NCBI RefSeq assembly: GCF_006345805.1
Contig: NC_043001.1
Span: 95,852,001 to 95,916,000, forward strand
DNA length: 64,000 nucleotides
From: Octopus sinensis
Taxonomy: Eukaryota
Reading direction: 5' to 3'
Part shown: in pieces, positions 1 through 12,040 of the stretch
Position numbering within the stretch: position 1 is the first letter of the stretch
Layout of the letters: each line of letters begins with the position of its first letter
Made by a program: the position numbers and the translations under genes
Notes under the pieces: model-generated
The model's input: the letters and a program-made list of their open reading frames with translations, nothing else
Told to the model about the DNA's origin: nothing
Database searches by the model: none

Positions 1-32
<32 letters not shown>

Positions 33-48
33 TATTATATTATTATTA

Positions 49-105
<57 letters not shown>

Positions 106-150
106 TATTATTATTATTATTATTATTTATTATTATTATTATTATTATTA
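1..150. repeat. (TTA)n/(TAA)n microsatellite, the 3' tail/target of the adjacent R4/Dong element
   Basis: Near-pure TAT repeat abutting the element's 3' UTR at 151. Confidence 0.95.
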
Positions 151-1650
151 TATGTTTGGCTTTTGCTTTATATTTGTACAAGTTGGCTCCAAGTCTCACA
201 CGGAGACCTCAAGAGACAACAGGTTGGAAGTTCACATTGTTGTTATACCTAGTGTGCCATATATTTGGTTGTTTTTTGTGTTGTACTGGTGGATGTCAAA
301 AAAAAATGTTTGTTTTATACCTTGAGATTAGATAGAGAGTATTTTGCGTAGGATATGAGCAGTTCCCACGAGCACTATCTGTTGAATTTCTGCCATTTTG
401 GGGTTTTCCTGGTATCTGCGATAGATAGCAATCAGCCCCTTTTGCTATCATTCCCAGGGCACCTATGACAACAGGTATTGTTTTAGTCTTCAGGTTCCAC
501 ATTTTGCTGATTTCTATTTCAAGATCTTTATATTTGCTCAGTTTTTGGTAGGTCTTGACAGATACGTTTATATCGATTGGGAGTCATATCAATGAGGAAG
601 CATGTTCTTTGTTTGAAGTCTTTCAATATGATGTCTGGCTTATTTGCAACTATCTTTCTGTCCGTTTGAATGGTGAAGTTCCAGAGGAGTGAGATGTGGT
701 CATTTTCAAGCACTGGGGGTGGTTTGTGTTCCCACCAGTTTTTTTCATGGGCAAATCCAGGTTTTTGCATATTACCCAGTGAATATATTGTGCAGCTCTA
801 TCATGCCTGTTGAGATACTCTGTAAGCGCTAGAAGACTGCACTCGGAGACCACATGATCAATGGTTTCATTCTGTTGCTGGCATACACGACACGTTGGGC
901 TACTGCTGACCTTTAATATGTTGGCCTGGTAGTTTCTTGTTGGTAGGCATTGATCTTCAGCTGCTATGATAAACCCCTATGTTTAAGATTTTAAGCCAGA
1001 GGCCATTAGCCATTGATGGGTCAGGGCTTTGTCAACATCTGCATTATCCGCTCTCTTTGGGTATTTGCTATAGAGATGTTTTTCTTGGCATTTATTATTC
1101 AGAATATCTAAGGCCGCAGATTTAGCACGGGTTTTGATACGCTTAGCTTTTTCTAAGCCTGTTTCTTGTATGTCTATCTCTAATTCCGAAATTTGTTGTA
1201 TTCGGAATTCACTTAGATATTCCTTTGTCTGTTTTGTTACTGAGTATGATGCTTTCTTGCTTTCATGTTTTGAGACATGTTTTAACATCCAGTCCTCAGA
1301 GTTTTTCAGGTAGGTGTCTAGGCCAATTGTAGCAATCTTCATTGTTATTGCCAGTTGTAAAAGACCGCGGCCTCCCTCTTTTCCTGGCAGATAAGGTCGT
1401 TCTGTATCTGCCTTAGTGTGGTGCAGTCTATGCATTGTCAACAGTTTTCGTATTTTTCTGCCAAGATTACATATTTCTGTAATTGACCAGTTAACGATAT
1501 TGAAACTGTAAGTCACGATTGGTATGGCTAATACATTGATCGCTTCGATCCTGTTTCTCGCATTCAGCTCTGTCTTGAGTATTGCTCTTACTCTGCGATA
1601 ACATTCTCTCCTGATCCTTTCCTTCCGTTCCCTTTCCTTTCCTTCCCTTC
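151..1650 (-). mobile_element. 5'-truncated, frameshifted R4/Dong-clade non-LTR retrotransposon (subfamily A): RT C-terminal part, CCHC knuckle, REL endonuclease, 3' UTR
   Basis: Minus ORFs 983-1516 (RLHHTKADTERPYLPGKEGGRGLLQL), 650-853 (EYLNRHDRAAQYIHW), 528-770 (LLWNFTIQTDRKIVANKPDIILKD, PD-(D/E)xK nuclease) and 296-502 (IPVVIGALGMI). Both ends lie in TAA repeats. Confidence 0.9.
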
Positions 1651-1652
1651 CC

Positions 1653-1708
<56 letters not shown>

Positions 1709-1737
1709 TATTATTATTATTATTATTTATTATTATT

Positions 1738-1951
1738 GTTCAGTAGTTTTATTTTCATAGTGTGCTTTCACTTCACTACCGAGCGTAGCTCTGTGCGCCT
1801 TGGGTATGTGCTGTGATCTGTTGTGATGCTCTGATGGTTATAGTATGGAAAGTGTCCCGCGTAGGATGTGTGCAGTGCCTAGTAGTGCAATTTTCTGTAT
1901 GTTATATGTGTTTGTAAGTCCTGGTGTTTTTGTTATGTATTTGTCTGAATA

Positions 1952-1956
<5 letters not shown>
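1738..1956 (-). mobile_element. ~220-bp 3' end of R4/Dong subfamily B (repeated at 2868-3086 and 3967-4185)
   Basis: Reverse complement of the 3' end of the element at 46590-46806 (…GTAGTGAAGTGAAAGCACACTATGAAAATAAAACTACTGAA + TAA tail). Flanked by TAA arrays on both sides. Confidence 0.9.
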
Positions 1957-1993
<37 letters not shown>

Positions 1994-2067
1994 TATTATT
2001 ATATTATTATTATATTATTATTATTATATTATTATTATTATTATTATTTTTATTTTTATTATTATCA

Positions 2068-2102
<35 letters not shown>

Positions 2103-2550
2103 TATTATTATTATTATTTATTATTATTATTATCATGATTATTATTATTAGTATTATCATTATTATTACTATTGTTATTATTATTATCATCATCATTATC
2201 ATCGTCATCATCATCATCATCATTATTATTATTATTACTTCATACACGCAGAAGATATTTAATTGCTGGAAAAGAAACATTTCTTATATCAGGCTACAAG
2301 TAACCTTTGATGCCAAGAACCCTCCTATGTATCCTTTATTATTATTGGTGCTGTTATTGTGGTTGTTGTTCTGGTAATACATTTTAATTTAGTTAGAAAT
2401 TCGTTTATCTTGATATTTGGTGAAAACAAGCCTCTTAAAATCTCAACTATCCTTCTTAGGATTTTTGTGCAGGACAAATATATGTTTCAATTGGAATCAT
2501 TTTATTCTGTCGCATTTTTGGTGCTCAGACGAATGCCCCGATTGCTAAGT

Positions 2551-2805
2551 CGTTCTGTATCTGCCTTAGTGTGGTGTAGTCTATGCATTGTCAACAGTTT
2601 TCGTATTTTTCTGTGAAGATTACATATTTCAGTAACTGACCAGTTAACGATATTGAAACTGTAAGTCACGATTGGTATGGCTAATACATTGATCGCTTCG
2701 ATCCTGTTTCTCGCATTCAGCTCTGTCTTGAGTATTGCTCTTACTCTGCGATAACATTCTCTCCTGATCCTTTCCTTCCATTCCCTTTCCTTTCCTTCCC
2801 TTCCC

Positions 2806-2806
<1 letters not shown>
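2551..2806 (-). mobile_element. Duplicated Dong-A RT fragment (third copy 3648-3903)
   Basis: ORF 2502-2888: RRECYRRVRAILKTELNARNRIEAINVLAIPIVTYSFNIVNW. Confidence 0.88.
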
Positions 2807-2873
<67 letters not shown>

Positions 2874-3081
2874 TAGTTTTATTTTCATAGTGTGCTTTCA
2901 CTTCACTACCGAGCGTAGCTCTGTGCGCCTTGGGTATGTGCTGTGATCTGTTGTGATGCTCTGATGGTTATTGTATGGAAAGTGTTCTGCGTAGGATGTG
3001 TGCAGTGCCTAGTAGTGCAATTTTCTGTATGTTATATGTGTTCGTAAGTCCTGGTGTTTTTGTTATGTATTTGTCTGAATA

Positions 3082-3119
<38 letters not shown>

Positions 3120-3139
3120 TATTATTATTATTATTTTTA

Positions 3140-3230
<91 letters not shown>

Positions 3231-3923
3231 CATGATTATTATTATTAGTATTATCATTATTATTACTATTGTTATTATTATTATCATCATCATTATCATC
3301 GTCATCATCATCATCATCATTATTATTATTATTACTTCATACACGCAGAAGATATTTAATTGCTGGAAAAGAAACATTTCTTATATCAGGCTACAAGTAA
3401 CCTTTGATGCCAAGAACCCTCCTATGTATCCTTTATTATTATTGGTGCTGTTATTGTGGTTGTTGTTCTGGTAATACATTTTAATTTAGTTAGAAATTCG
3501 TTTATCTTGATATTTGGTGAAAACAAGCCTCTTAAAATCTCAACTATCCTTCTTAGGATTTTTGTGCAGGACAAATATATGTTTCAATTGGAATCATTTT
3601 ATTCTGTCGCATTTTTGGTGCTCAGACGAATGCCCCGATTGCTAAGTCGTTCTGTATCTGCCTTAGTGTGGTGTAGTCTATGCATTGTCAACAGTTTTCG
3701 TATTTTTCTGTGAAGATTACATATTTCAGTAACTGACCAGTTAACGATATTGAAACTGTAAGTCACGATTGGTATGGCTAATACATTGATCGCTTCGATC
3801 CTGTTTCTCGCATTCAGCTCTGTCTTGAGTATTGCTCTTACTCTGCGATAACATTCTCTCCTGATCCTTTCCTTCCATTCCCTTTCCTTTCCTTCCCTTC
3901 CCTTATTATTATTATTATTATTA

Positions 3924-3966
<43 letters not shown>

Positions 3967-4180
3967 GTTCAGTAGTTTTATTTTCATAGTGTGCTTTCAC
4001 TTCACTACCGAGCGTAGCTCTGTGCGCCTTGGGTATGTGCTGTGATCTGTTGTGATGCTCTGATGGTTATTGTATGGAAGGTGTTCTGCGTAGGATGTGT
4101 GCAGTGCCTAGTAGTGCAATTTTCTGTATGTTATATGTGTTTGTAAGTCCTGGTGTTTTTGTTATGTATTTGTCTGAATA

Positions 4181-4222
<42 letters not shown>

Positions 4223-7084
4223 TATTATTATTATTATTATGATTATCATTATCATTATAATTATTATTATTATTATTATTATCATTATTATTATTATTAG
4301 TATTATTATCATTATTATTACTATTGTTATTATTATTATCATCATCATCGTCATCGTCATCATCATCATCATCATTATTATTATTATTACTTCATACACG
4401 CAGAAGATATTTAATTGCTGGAAAATAAACATTTCTTATATCAGGCTACAAGTAACCTTTGATGCCAAGAACCTTCCTATGTATCATTTATTATTATTGG
4501 TGCTGTTATTGTGGTTGTTGTTCTGGTAATACATTTTAATTTAGTTAGAAATTCGTTTATCTTGGTATTTGGTGAAAACAAGCCTCTTAAAATCTCAACT
4601 ATCCTTCTTAGGATTTTTGTGCAGGACAAATATATATTTCAATTGGAATCATTTTATTCTGTCGCATTTTTGGTGCTCAGACGAATGCCCCGATTGTTAC
4701 GGGCTTTCCTCGCATTTCTCATTAAATGCAGTATATTTCTCAATGTGTTTCAATTTCGTTAGTACTGAGTCTTGTGTGGAAATCACCGTCAACCTTCAAG
4801 TCGTAAAAGTTAAACATTTACTGTACTCAAACTATGGAGTAACTTTTCGATCGAATGTGAAATAACTTATGCGTGCGTATGTATACGCATAAATGTATAT
4901 GTGCATGCGTATGCATGTGTGTGCCTGAGTGTATTCGCGAGTGTTTAATAATATGTATTTATATACGAATTAATGCGTAAGAGCTGGCAATATTTGTGAA
5001 AGATGTTTTTAGCAATAATATTGACATAATACTTAAACACATTATGATACCCACAGATATAATATTCAGAGAAATTAAACAATTCAGAAATGGACACAAG
5101 ATAAACAGTGCCTTTTTTTCAAAGAACATCGAAACTAAATCGATTCTAGATATTTACTCAGAGAGAGCTTAAAGGAATATATTAAAAATAAGTGCTTATG
5201 TATATTTCAATACGTTTGTTTATTGTTTGTGTTCTGTACATTTATCTTCTTGTTCATGCAACAGTTTGTGATTTTTGTATTGCGGGTGGTATGAAATAAC
5301 GCGTCATTATAGACTAGAAGCTATGCGTTTAAAGAAAATATATTGTAGAATTTATCTGTTTTGCCCTTTAGCCATAAATATCTCGTTGAAGAGTTGTCTT
5401 CTTATTTGCAATTTGCAATTTTTTTATTAAATGTTTTGTTTTGTCTTTTTGTTTTGTTTTTTTTTGTTTTGCAGATTAATTTTCTCTTTGATCTTTCAAG
5501 TAACTAGAAGTTATTTTAAACTGTTTCAATATTTGCTTTAATTCCTAATATATCCCAAACAAATAGATGATCTTTTTTTTCTTCTTTCATGAAATTTATT
5601 GTGATTACAAACATTAGATCATAAAATATGGTCCTAAGGTTAATACTAATACAATAATTTAATATAATTTTCTTTTGTTCTCAAAATGTCAACAGTTGAT
5701 GCTTATTAGATTCCGGCATTGAATTGATTTCTGTTAAGTGAATAATTTTGATGAGGAACAAATAATTTCCTTTTAAATAGTTTGATCAATGTAAATTTTA
5801 CTTAAAATGATAGTAATTCCAACTATGTATTCTTTAATCAGCCGGTGATAAAAATCCAGATTGTTTGTAATAGAGAGATATGATAGTGTAACATAATAAA
5901 TTTTGTCGATAAGTACGTATGAGTTTCAGCGCAAGTATATGTGCGCTAGTGTGTGTATTTACTATATTTCTGTGTGCACTTATTGTTATTTATTTTAAAA
6001 CTTCAAATGATCGAGAAATAAGTGATGATTTCCAATAAGAACAGTCACTAATTTTCTGGCGGACATAGTTTATAAAATAATTCCGACGGCTTCACACGTA
6101 TTCTCGTTGAAACCAGCGTTTTCAAAGAGAACACTGACGCCTGCATTATTCACCGCAGAAAATTAATGAAGGTGAGTATTAAAAATGTGTTTGTCCGAAG
6201 TCTTAAAGAAAATGATTATTTGCTGCCGTCATCTCAATCTACCTGTAATTTTATTGTTCATTATATATATTATATCAGTGATTCTGATAAGCCAATATAT
6301 TTAGTGCAGGCACTACAGTGAAATAACCCAGGTATTCTCTGTATGCGTGTTCAAAGATCAAGTGGTGCAACACAGATTACAAAGACTATTTCGTATTACT
6401 AAGAACACAGCATGAAAACAGCTGCAGAGTATTAATCATAAAAAGTAGGAAATCGCTTTGTATATAGATGGATGTAAGATAATGCTAAGGGAAATATTGA
6501 ATCCATAGGTACTGGTGTTATAATTTCAGAATTAATATAAAATATAGGTTATATGGTCTTCTTATATTATTGAAAACTACTACTTTCGGGCTACGTGTTG
6601 AAATACCACCACTGATTATTCAGCGAATCATGGGATAATTCGATTCAGTATAGAGAACGAAATGTACTTGAATAACCTACATTTCAGCAATTATTTTCCA
6701 GTCTTACTTGACTCGTATATATCCACTAACGCTCATTCTACTTCACATCTGTTTCCTTTGTAACATCCAAATTGTAAATTGCCAGCAAAACCGTTTGTAA
6801 TAATTCTTTCTGTCTCAGTATAATCTTCATTCCTCACGCGGCTGGTTATTTACAGTAACACACATCATTTGGGTGTCTATAATATAGGTTTCAAAATTTG
6901 ATTACTTTACCTGATAAATTTAAGGCTAAGAATAGTCGCTTGGTTCTTGAGTCTGTATTACAGAGAGTGTAGAGTAAAAAGTAATAAATAAAGGAAGCAT
7001 GATAAAATTATAGATGCAATTATATGGGAATATACGAAAAGATATATACATAAACAGAGCTAATTATATATACTGAGAATTAAC

Positions 7085-7255
7085 AAAAAAGAAAAGTCGA
7101 AGACGGGTGTGTAAACAACAAACGGATGTATTAGTTTAAAGCTAGGGAAGTCAGAAAGTGTTTTACATTTCGAGCCTACGCTCTTCGACAGGATTGAACA
7201 CAGAAAAAAGCAGGGAGAGAAAATAGCCAAAAGGTATAGTGGCTAGAGATCTTTC
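7085..7255 (-). mobile_element. Short repeat with a degenerate hammerhead-like motif (Penelope-pLTR-like remnant)
   Basis: Minus strand reads CTGTCGA-A-GAGC-GTAG-GCTC-GAAA-TG-TA at about 7191-7163: intact stem II and GAAA, but a mutated CUGANGA core. Confidence 0.45.
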
Positions 7256-7775
7256 ATAGCGAATGATATATAATCATATGTACATTGAACATGATCTAAA
7301 ATTTTATTTCGCTTTCATTTTCTCTTGCTTAATACACAAAATTGTATATGCTATGTCTGTGCGTTTGTACATATTACAGTATGCAGCACATTTTAGTTTG
7401 ATGCGGAGGAACATGTGTGACACGTACGTGTTGAATCATTATGTTGTGTTGTTATTACGTTAAAGCTAAATCTTAGTTAATAATGGGCTGCGCAAACACA
7501 CAAGCATCGATTTTGGATTTTAATTACAGTGAAAGTGATATTTCTACCCCTGATCAGCATTATCCCAATGCAACATTTCTGCTGACCGATATGAACAATA
7601 TGTGTAGTTAACCTTATTTTAATACAATTGGTTGTTGTTTATACTATTGTTGCATATGCTCCAGGTCGTTATTTTTTGTATTATACATACTTACGTGCAC
7701 ATACATGCACTTACATTTGGTAATGTGCTACCAAGCATGTATGTATGTATATACATACATACATATATATTTATA

Positions 7776-7825
<50 letters not shown>

Positions 7826-7829
<4 letters not shown>

Positions 7830-8448
7830 ACAAAATGGGACAAGAACGCAAGACATCTGGACAGCTAGGTGATACAAAAAGGGACAACAAATTATCCAGA
7901 TAGACGATACAAAGAAGACAAGGACAGGTCATTAGAAGTTTTCTTTCCTCAGTCAAGCACCAGATTATCCTCGCAATTTCGGCTGATTATTCTTGAGATT
8001 GCTTCAATCTGGCCAGCCCCCCGAAATCTATTAGATTCCTTGGAAGAAAGCACCGGATCTATACAAAAACAAGGACGGAAAGAAGCGGACAATGTTGCCC
8101 AAATATACAGTAAAAATACAACAAAATGATAATAGAACATAACGACAGGTGTATTTCGACTAAGGCCGAATTGAATTAAGCTGGCGCGTGTGGAAATGGA
8201 GCCTTACGGTAGATATACAAAAGTTTCATAAACACAGGGAAGAATATCGATATTGCTCGGACAACAATCAAACAAAGGAAGAAAGAACAGGCTTAGTCGA
8301 GGCAGTAACGTGGGAAGAGAAGAGAGGGAAGTAGAAACAGAGGAACAGAAGAATTATGGAGGTGCGAGGAAAAATGACAGGAATACAGTGAAATGAAAAG
8401 AGCCGCACAAGATTTAGATAAATGTGCACTTACAAATAAGAAACCAAA

Positions 8449-8450
<2 letters not shown>
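7826..8450. repeat. Unclassified ~620-bp interspersed element inserted in a (TA)n array
   Basis: Purine-rich, balanced-composition block bounded by (TA)n on both sides. Internal 7-bp inverted repeat CCAGATT…AATCTGG at about 7960-8011. Confidence 0.5.
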
Positions 8451-8498
<48 letters not shown>

Positions 8499-9059
8499 AC
8501 ACACTCATACATATATATATATATATATATACATATATATATGTATGAGTATGTGTTTATTTATATATGTGTATGCATATACATAGAGTATATGTAACTC
8601 TATTGCTATATAAAGGGGTAAATATATACGCTTGTATATGGGATTCTCGCATTGTTTTTCTTGCTTGTTCATGTTTGGATTGATATATATATATATGCGG
8701 GTGTATGTGTGATATACGTGTGTATAAATTCATAGGAATACGTATTTTGCCGTTTGATTCCAATGACCGAATTAGATTATTCACACTCTATTTACATTGA
8801 GCGATTTTCTCCTTTCTATACCATTAACTTGTGCATCCACACATACTCCCAAACTCACACACACACACACACACACGCACACACACACACACACGCGCAC
8901 ACACACACACACATTCCTATATATCTTCTAGTATTTTGTGAATATTCATATAAGAGCATATATATTCAGTCCAATTCTCAATATTGAAATCAGTTAGGCA
9001 TGACGTTTTAATTCAACCTGATGCACACAGGCCTATATAACGATACATCTATGTATTTA

Positions 9060-9100
9060 TGTATGTGTTAACAGATATACACACAGATACACACACACAC

Positions 9101-9152
<52 letters not shown>

Positions 9153-9224
9153 GTATATATATACAGATACTGACATATATACTTATTGATACACATAGAT
9201 GCATATATCTCAATACATATATAT

Positions 9225-9276
<52 letters not shown>

Positions 9277-9375
9277 ATATATATATATGTATGTATATAT
9301 ATGTGTGTACACATATATATATATGTGTGTATATATATATATATATACATTTAAATATACATATATATTTATATT

Positions 9376-9410
<35 letters not shown>
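9060..9410. repeat. (TA)n/(TG)n microsatellite array (similar arrays at 11780-12060, 32560-32830, 51635-51815, 54600-54745, 57015-57160, 61540-61686)
   Basis: Directly visible dinucleotide repeats. They account for the IY/YI-rich ORFs. Confidence 0.95.
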
Positions 9411-9413
<3 letters not shown>

Positions 9414-9936
9414 AACACAAAGCAGTGTGAGGCTGTACACGCAAGTGTGTATATGCTCGTATATAGTCCTGTTTTTCTCAGTTTGTTCGATAAATTCTAT
9501 TTTAATATTGAGAAGTATTGGAAGTTTTGGTATTCCGATAAGAGCGGAAAAAAAGAATCATTCATCGTAATGGAATATATGACATAAAATAGGAAAACCG
9601 TATTGAGCGAACAGTTGAAGACGTCCAATGAAGCTGAAAGATAAATTAATAATATATGAAATTTCTTTAACAGCATCTCAGGCAAAACTTTGGACAGATT
9701 TTACGACTAATTTGAAATTCGCCTCACTCATTGCCTGAGAAGAAAAAGAAGGAACCTCTTATGGACTCATGATATTTACGCATGGCATATATCAATAAAA
9801 GTTGTTTATATATGGGTTCACAATACCATTAATATTCATTAGAATATGGAAGGAAAAGAACTTACAGCTCAATGGATTATGATTCAGATAATTTGATGCA
9901 ATACTAGATGTATCTAATGAAAACAATATTATTTTC

Positions 9937-10007
<71 letters not shown>

Positions 10008-10016
10008 TGTTATTTA

Positions 10017-10100
10017 TAGCGGTGAGCTGCCAGAATTGTTAGCTTGTAAGGTTAAATGCTTGGCGGCATTTCGTCCCTCTTTATGATGTAAGTTAAAATT
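10017..10100 (+). mobile_element. 5' head fragment of SINE family A
   Basis: GCGGTGAGCTGCCAGAATTGTTAGC…AAATGCTTGGCGGCATTTCGTC matches the reverse complement of the copies at 13421-13642 and 21122-21352. Confidence 0.65.
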
Positions 10101-10149
10101 GCGTATGACATAAAGATATCGATAATTCGGGCCCGTTTTTTTTTCCTGT

Positions 10150-10400
10150 CATGTTAACACCTTCAATATCTCTCTTCCCTTCCTGAATCTTTCTATTAAA
10201 TCGCATAGCGAATTCACACAAAAGTCTATTTTTTGTGATTCTCTAATGCCGCCTCTCGTTTTTGCTCATTCCATTTAGCTGCACTTTCATACCGGCATTT
10301 CTCATTTATCATCCAGTGGATATATATTTGGTGACATAATCACGTCGTCTTCTATACTCCCGCTCTTCCAACTTAGCACCACGCATTCTACATAACGGGG
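10150..10400 (-). mobile_element. Highly degenerate R4/Dong-like REL-domain fragment
   Basis: Minus translation across frameshifts and stops gives REYRRRRDYVTKY/IHWMINEKCRYESAAKWNEQKREAALEN. This parallels the EY..RHD.V..YIHW..C..Y….KWY.H.PE…EN motif of the other copies. Confidence 0.55.
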
Positions 10401-10469
10401 ATTGTTTCATTCTGTCAATATTATGCTTATTGTTTTAGTCCAGAGATCATTCTCCTGGGTTATTATTAC

Positions 10470-10548
<79 letters not shown>

Positions 10549-10624
10549 TTCATTATCATTCTCTCAATTCCGCTTCCATTTCTTTTGGAGTGTCTTCGTG
10601 AAACGTAAGGCAGAGTAACGTACT

Positions 10625-11745
10625 GCATACATCGGTAGGCCATTAAAATGCACACACCAGAATATTCATTTACAATCTGGCTATTTCTATTGGGAAGTTC
10701 CAAAGGGTGGTGAAGCCCTCGCCATTTACTCTGGATCGTGGCTGTTCCACTTATCACAGGATTTTATTTTGTAGTATTTACAAGCATTCCAGTGGATACA
10801 CCGCCCTAGTCTGACAATTCTTATAATGTACACCTTTTCGGCGATGACTGCTGCAGCGAGAAACAGCATGATCAATTGCCACTGTTAAGTTTCCACAGAT
10901 TCTTCACGAGGGGTCAGATCCAACTTTAAGTACGCTTGCATTGTAGTTACTTGTTGTTAGCATCTTGCGCTGCAATAAAAAAAACCCTTCTGATTCCCCT
11001 TTCAGACCTAACCCTTGTAGCCATTGGTTTGTTATATTTTGATCAATATCTGGCTTGGAAAGGCGGTTAGGGTACTATACATGAAGGAGTTTGCCTTTCC
11101 AGTTGTCTTTGGTATTATTCATGCAAGCCGTCTTTTTGATTGATGTTTTGTCACTATTTGGATCCTGTTGGTCTTTCTTAATGTTAATTTCTAAATCTGG
11201 AGAAGCAATGTTAGGACTGTCAATATTTGGGTGTCTTTGGTTATTCTTATTATTAACTTGTATGCCAAGAGACTTTTTAAATGTCTTTTTAATCTTCATG
11301 ACTGAAGCTTTTTCGGAATGTTGATGCTTCAGTGCAGATCGTAAGCTATGTTTCAAGCCTATAATTGCTGATTTGAAGGATTGTTCGAGATATATCAGAC
11401 CTCTTCTAACTAGTTTATTTGGAGATAAATCCTGTCTATTTGTGATTCTGGATGGTGCATTCGCCATCATGTAAAGATTTTTCGGATCTTTTCATCCATA
11501 TTCTGCATGTCAGAAGCTCAATGCGGTTAACGGTAAGGCCAAATAATTGATCGCATTAATTCTTTTGCCATTATTATTGCCTTTGCAAAGCTTCTAACTT
11601 TGGAGATTTACTACCAGTGAACTAAGGTAACATCTCTTATTTTTCGAGCACCTTCCGGAGTATTCCAGCGGTTCCAAGCAGTTCTGTTACTGCAATGCTC
11701 CACGTTTATTGCAGCCCATATTTGTTTCAAGTGTGTTGAAGTGAA
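10625..11745 (-). mobile_element. Degenerate R4/Dong-like fragment (third subfamily), RT C-terminus to REL
   Basis: ORF 11075-11470 (RRGLIYLEQSFKSAIIGL…WKGKLLH), followed by PDIDQNITNQWLQGLGLKGESEGFFIAAQD and RCIHWNACKYYKIKSCDKW. Confidence 0.75.
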
Positions 11746-11780
11746 TTAATAACCGTTAGATAAAATTGTTAAAAATATTC

Positions 11781-11834
<54 letters not shown>

Positions 11835-11837
11835 ATA

Positions 11838-11872
<35 letters not shown>

Positions 11873-11887
11873 GTATATACATATATA

Positions 11888-11935
<48 letters not shown>

Positions 11936-11977
11936 TATGTATATACATATATACTATATATATATATATAGATATAT

Positions 11978-12040
<63 letters not shown>

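Larger units (their letters stand above)
1398..4696. repeat. Tandem triplication of a ~1.1-kb unit (Dong-A fragment + TAA + Dong-B 3' end + TAA/CAT + ~300 bp flank)
   Basis: Units start at 1398, 2551 and 3648 (CGTTCTGTATCTGCC). The junction CCCCGATTG-CTAAGT-CGTTCTG occurs twice. The array ends at CCCCGATTG, 4696. Confidence 0.92.

Noticed and set aside
1845-4529. ORFs rich in Ile/Tyr/Leu/Asn runs (also 10402, 21906, 26409-26751, 47025-47430)
   Set aside because: Translations of (TTA)n/(TAA)n/(CAT)n microsatellites, not genes.
6050-6178. Plus-strand ATGAAG|GTGAGT first-exon candidate
   Set aside because: No promoter or downstream exon support. A lone donor match is expected by chance.
7930-7960. 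CTGAGGA on the minus strand as a third hammerhead
   Set aside because: No downstream GAAA, stem III or stem I in this copy.
9049-9444. IY/YI/HT/CV-repeat ORFs (also 11766, 32469, 39106, 54546, 56927, 61404)
   Set aside because: Translations of (TA)n/(CA)n arrays.
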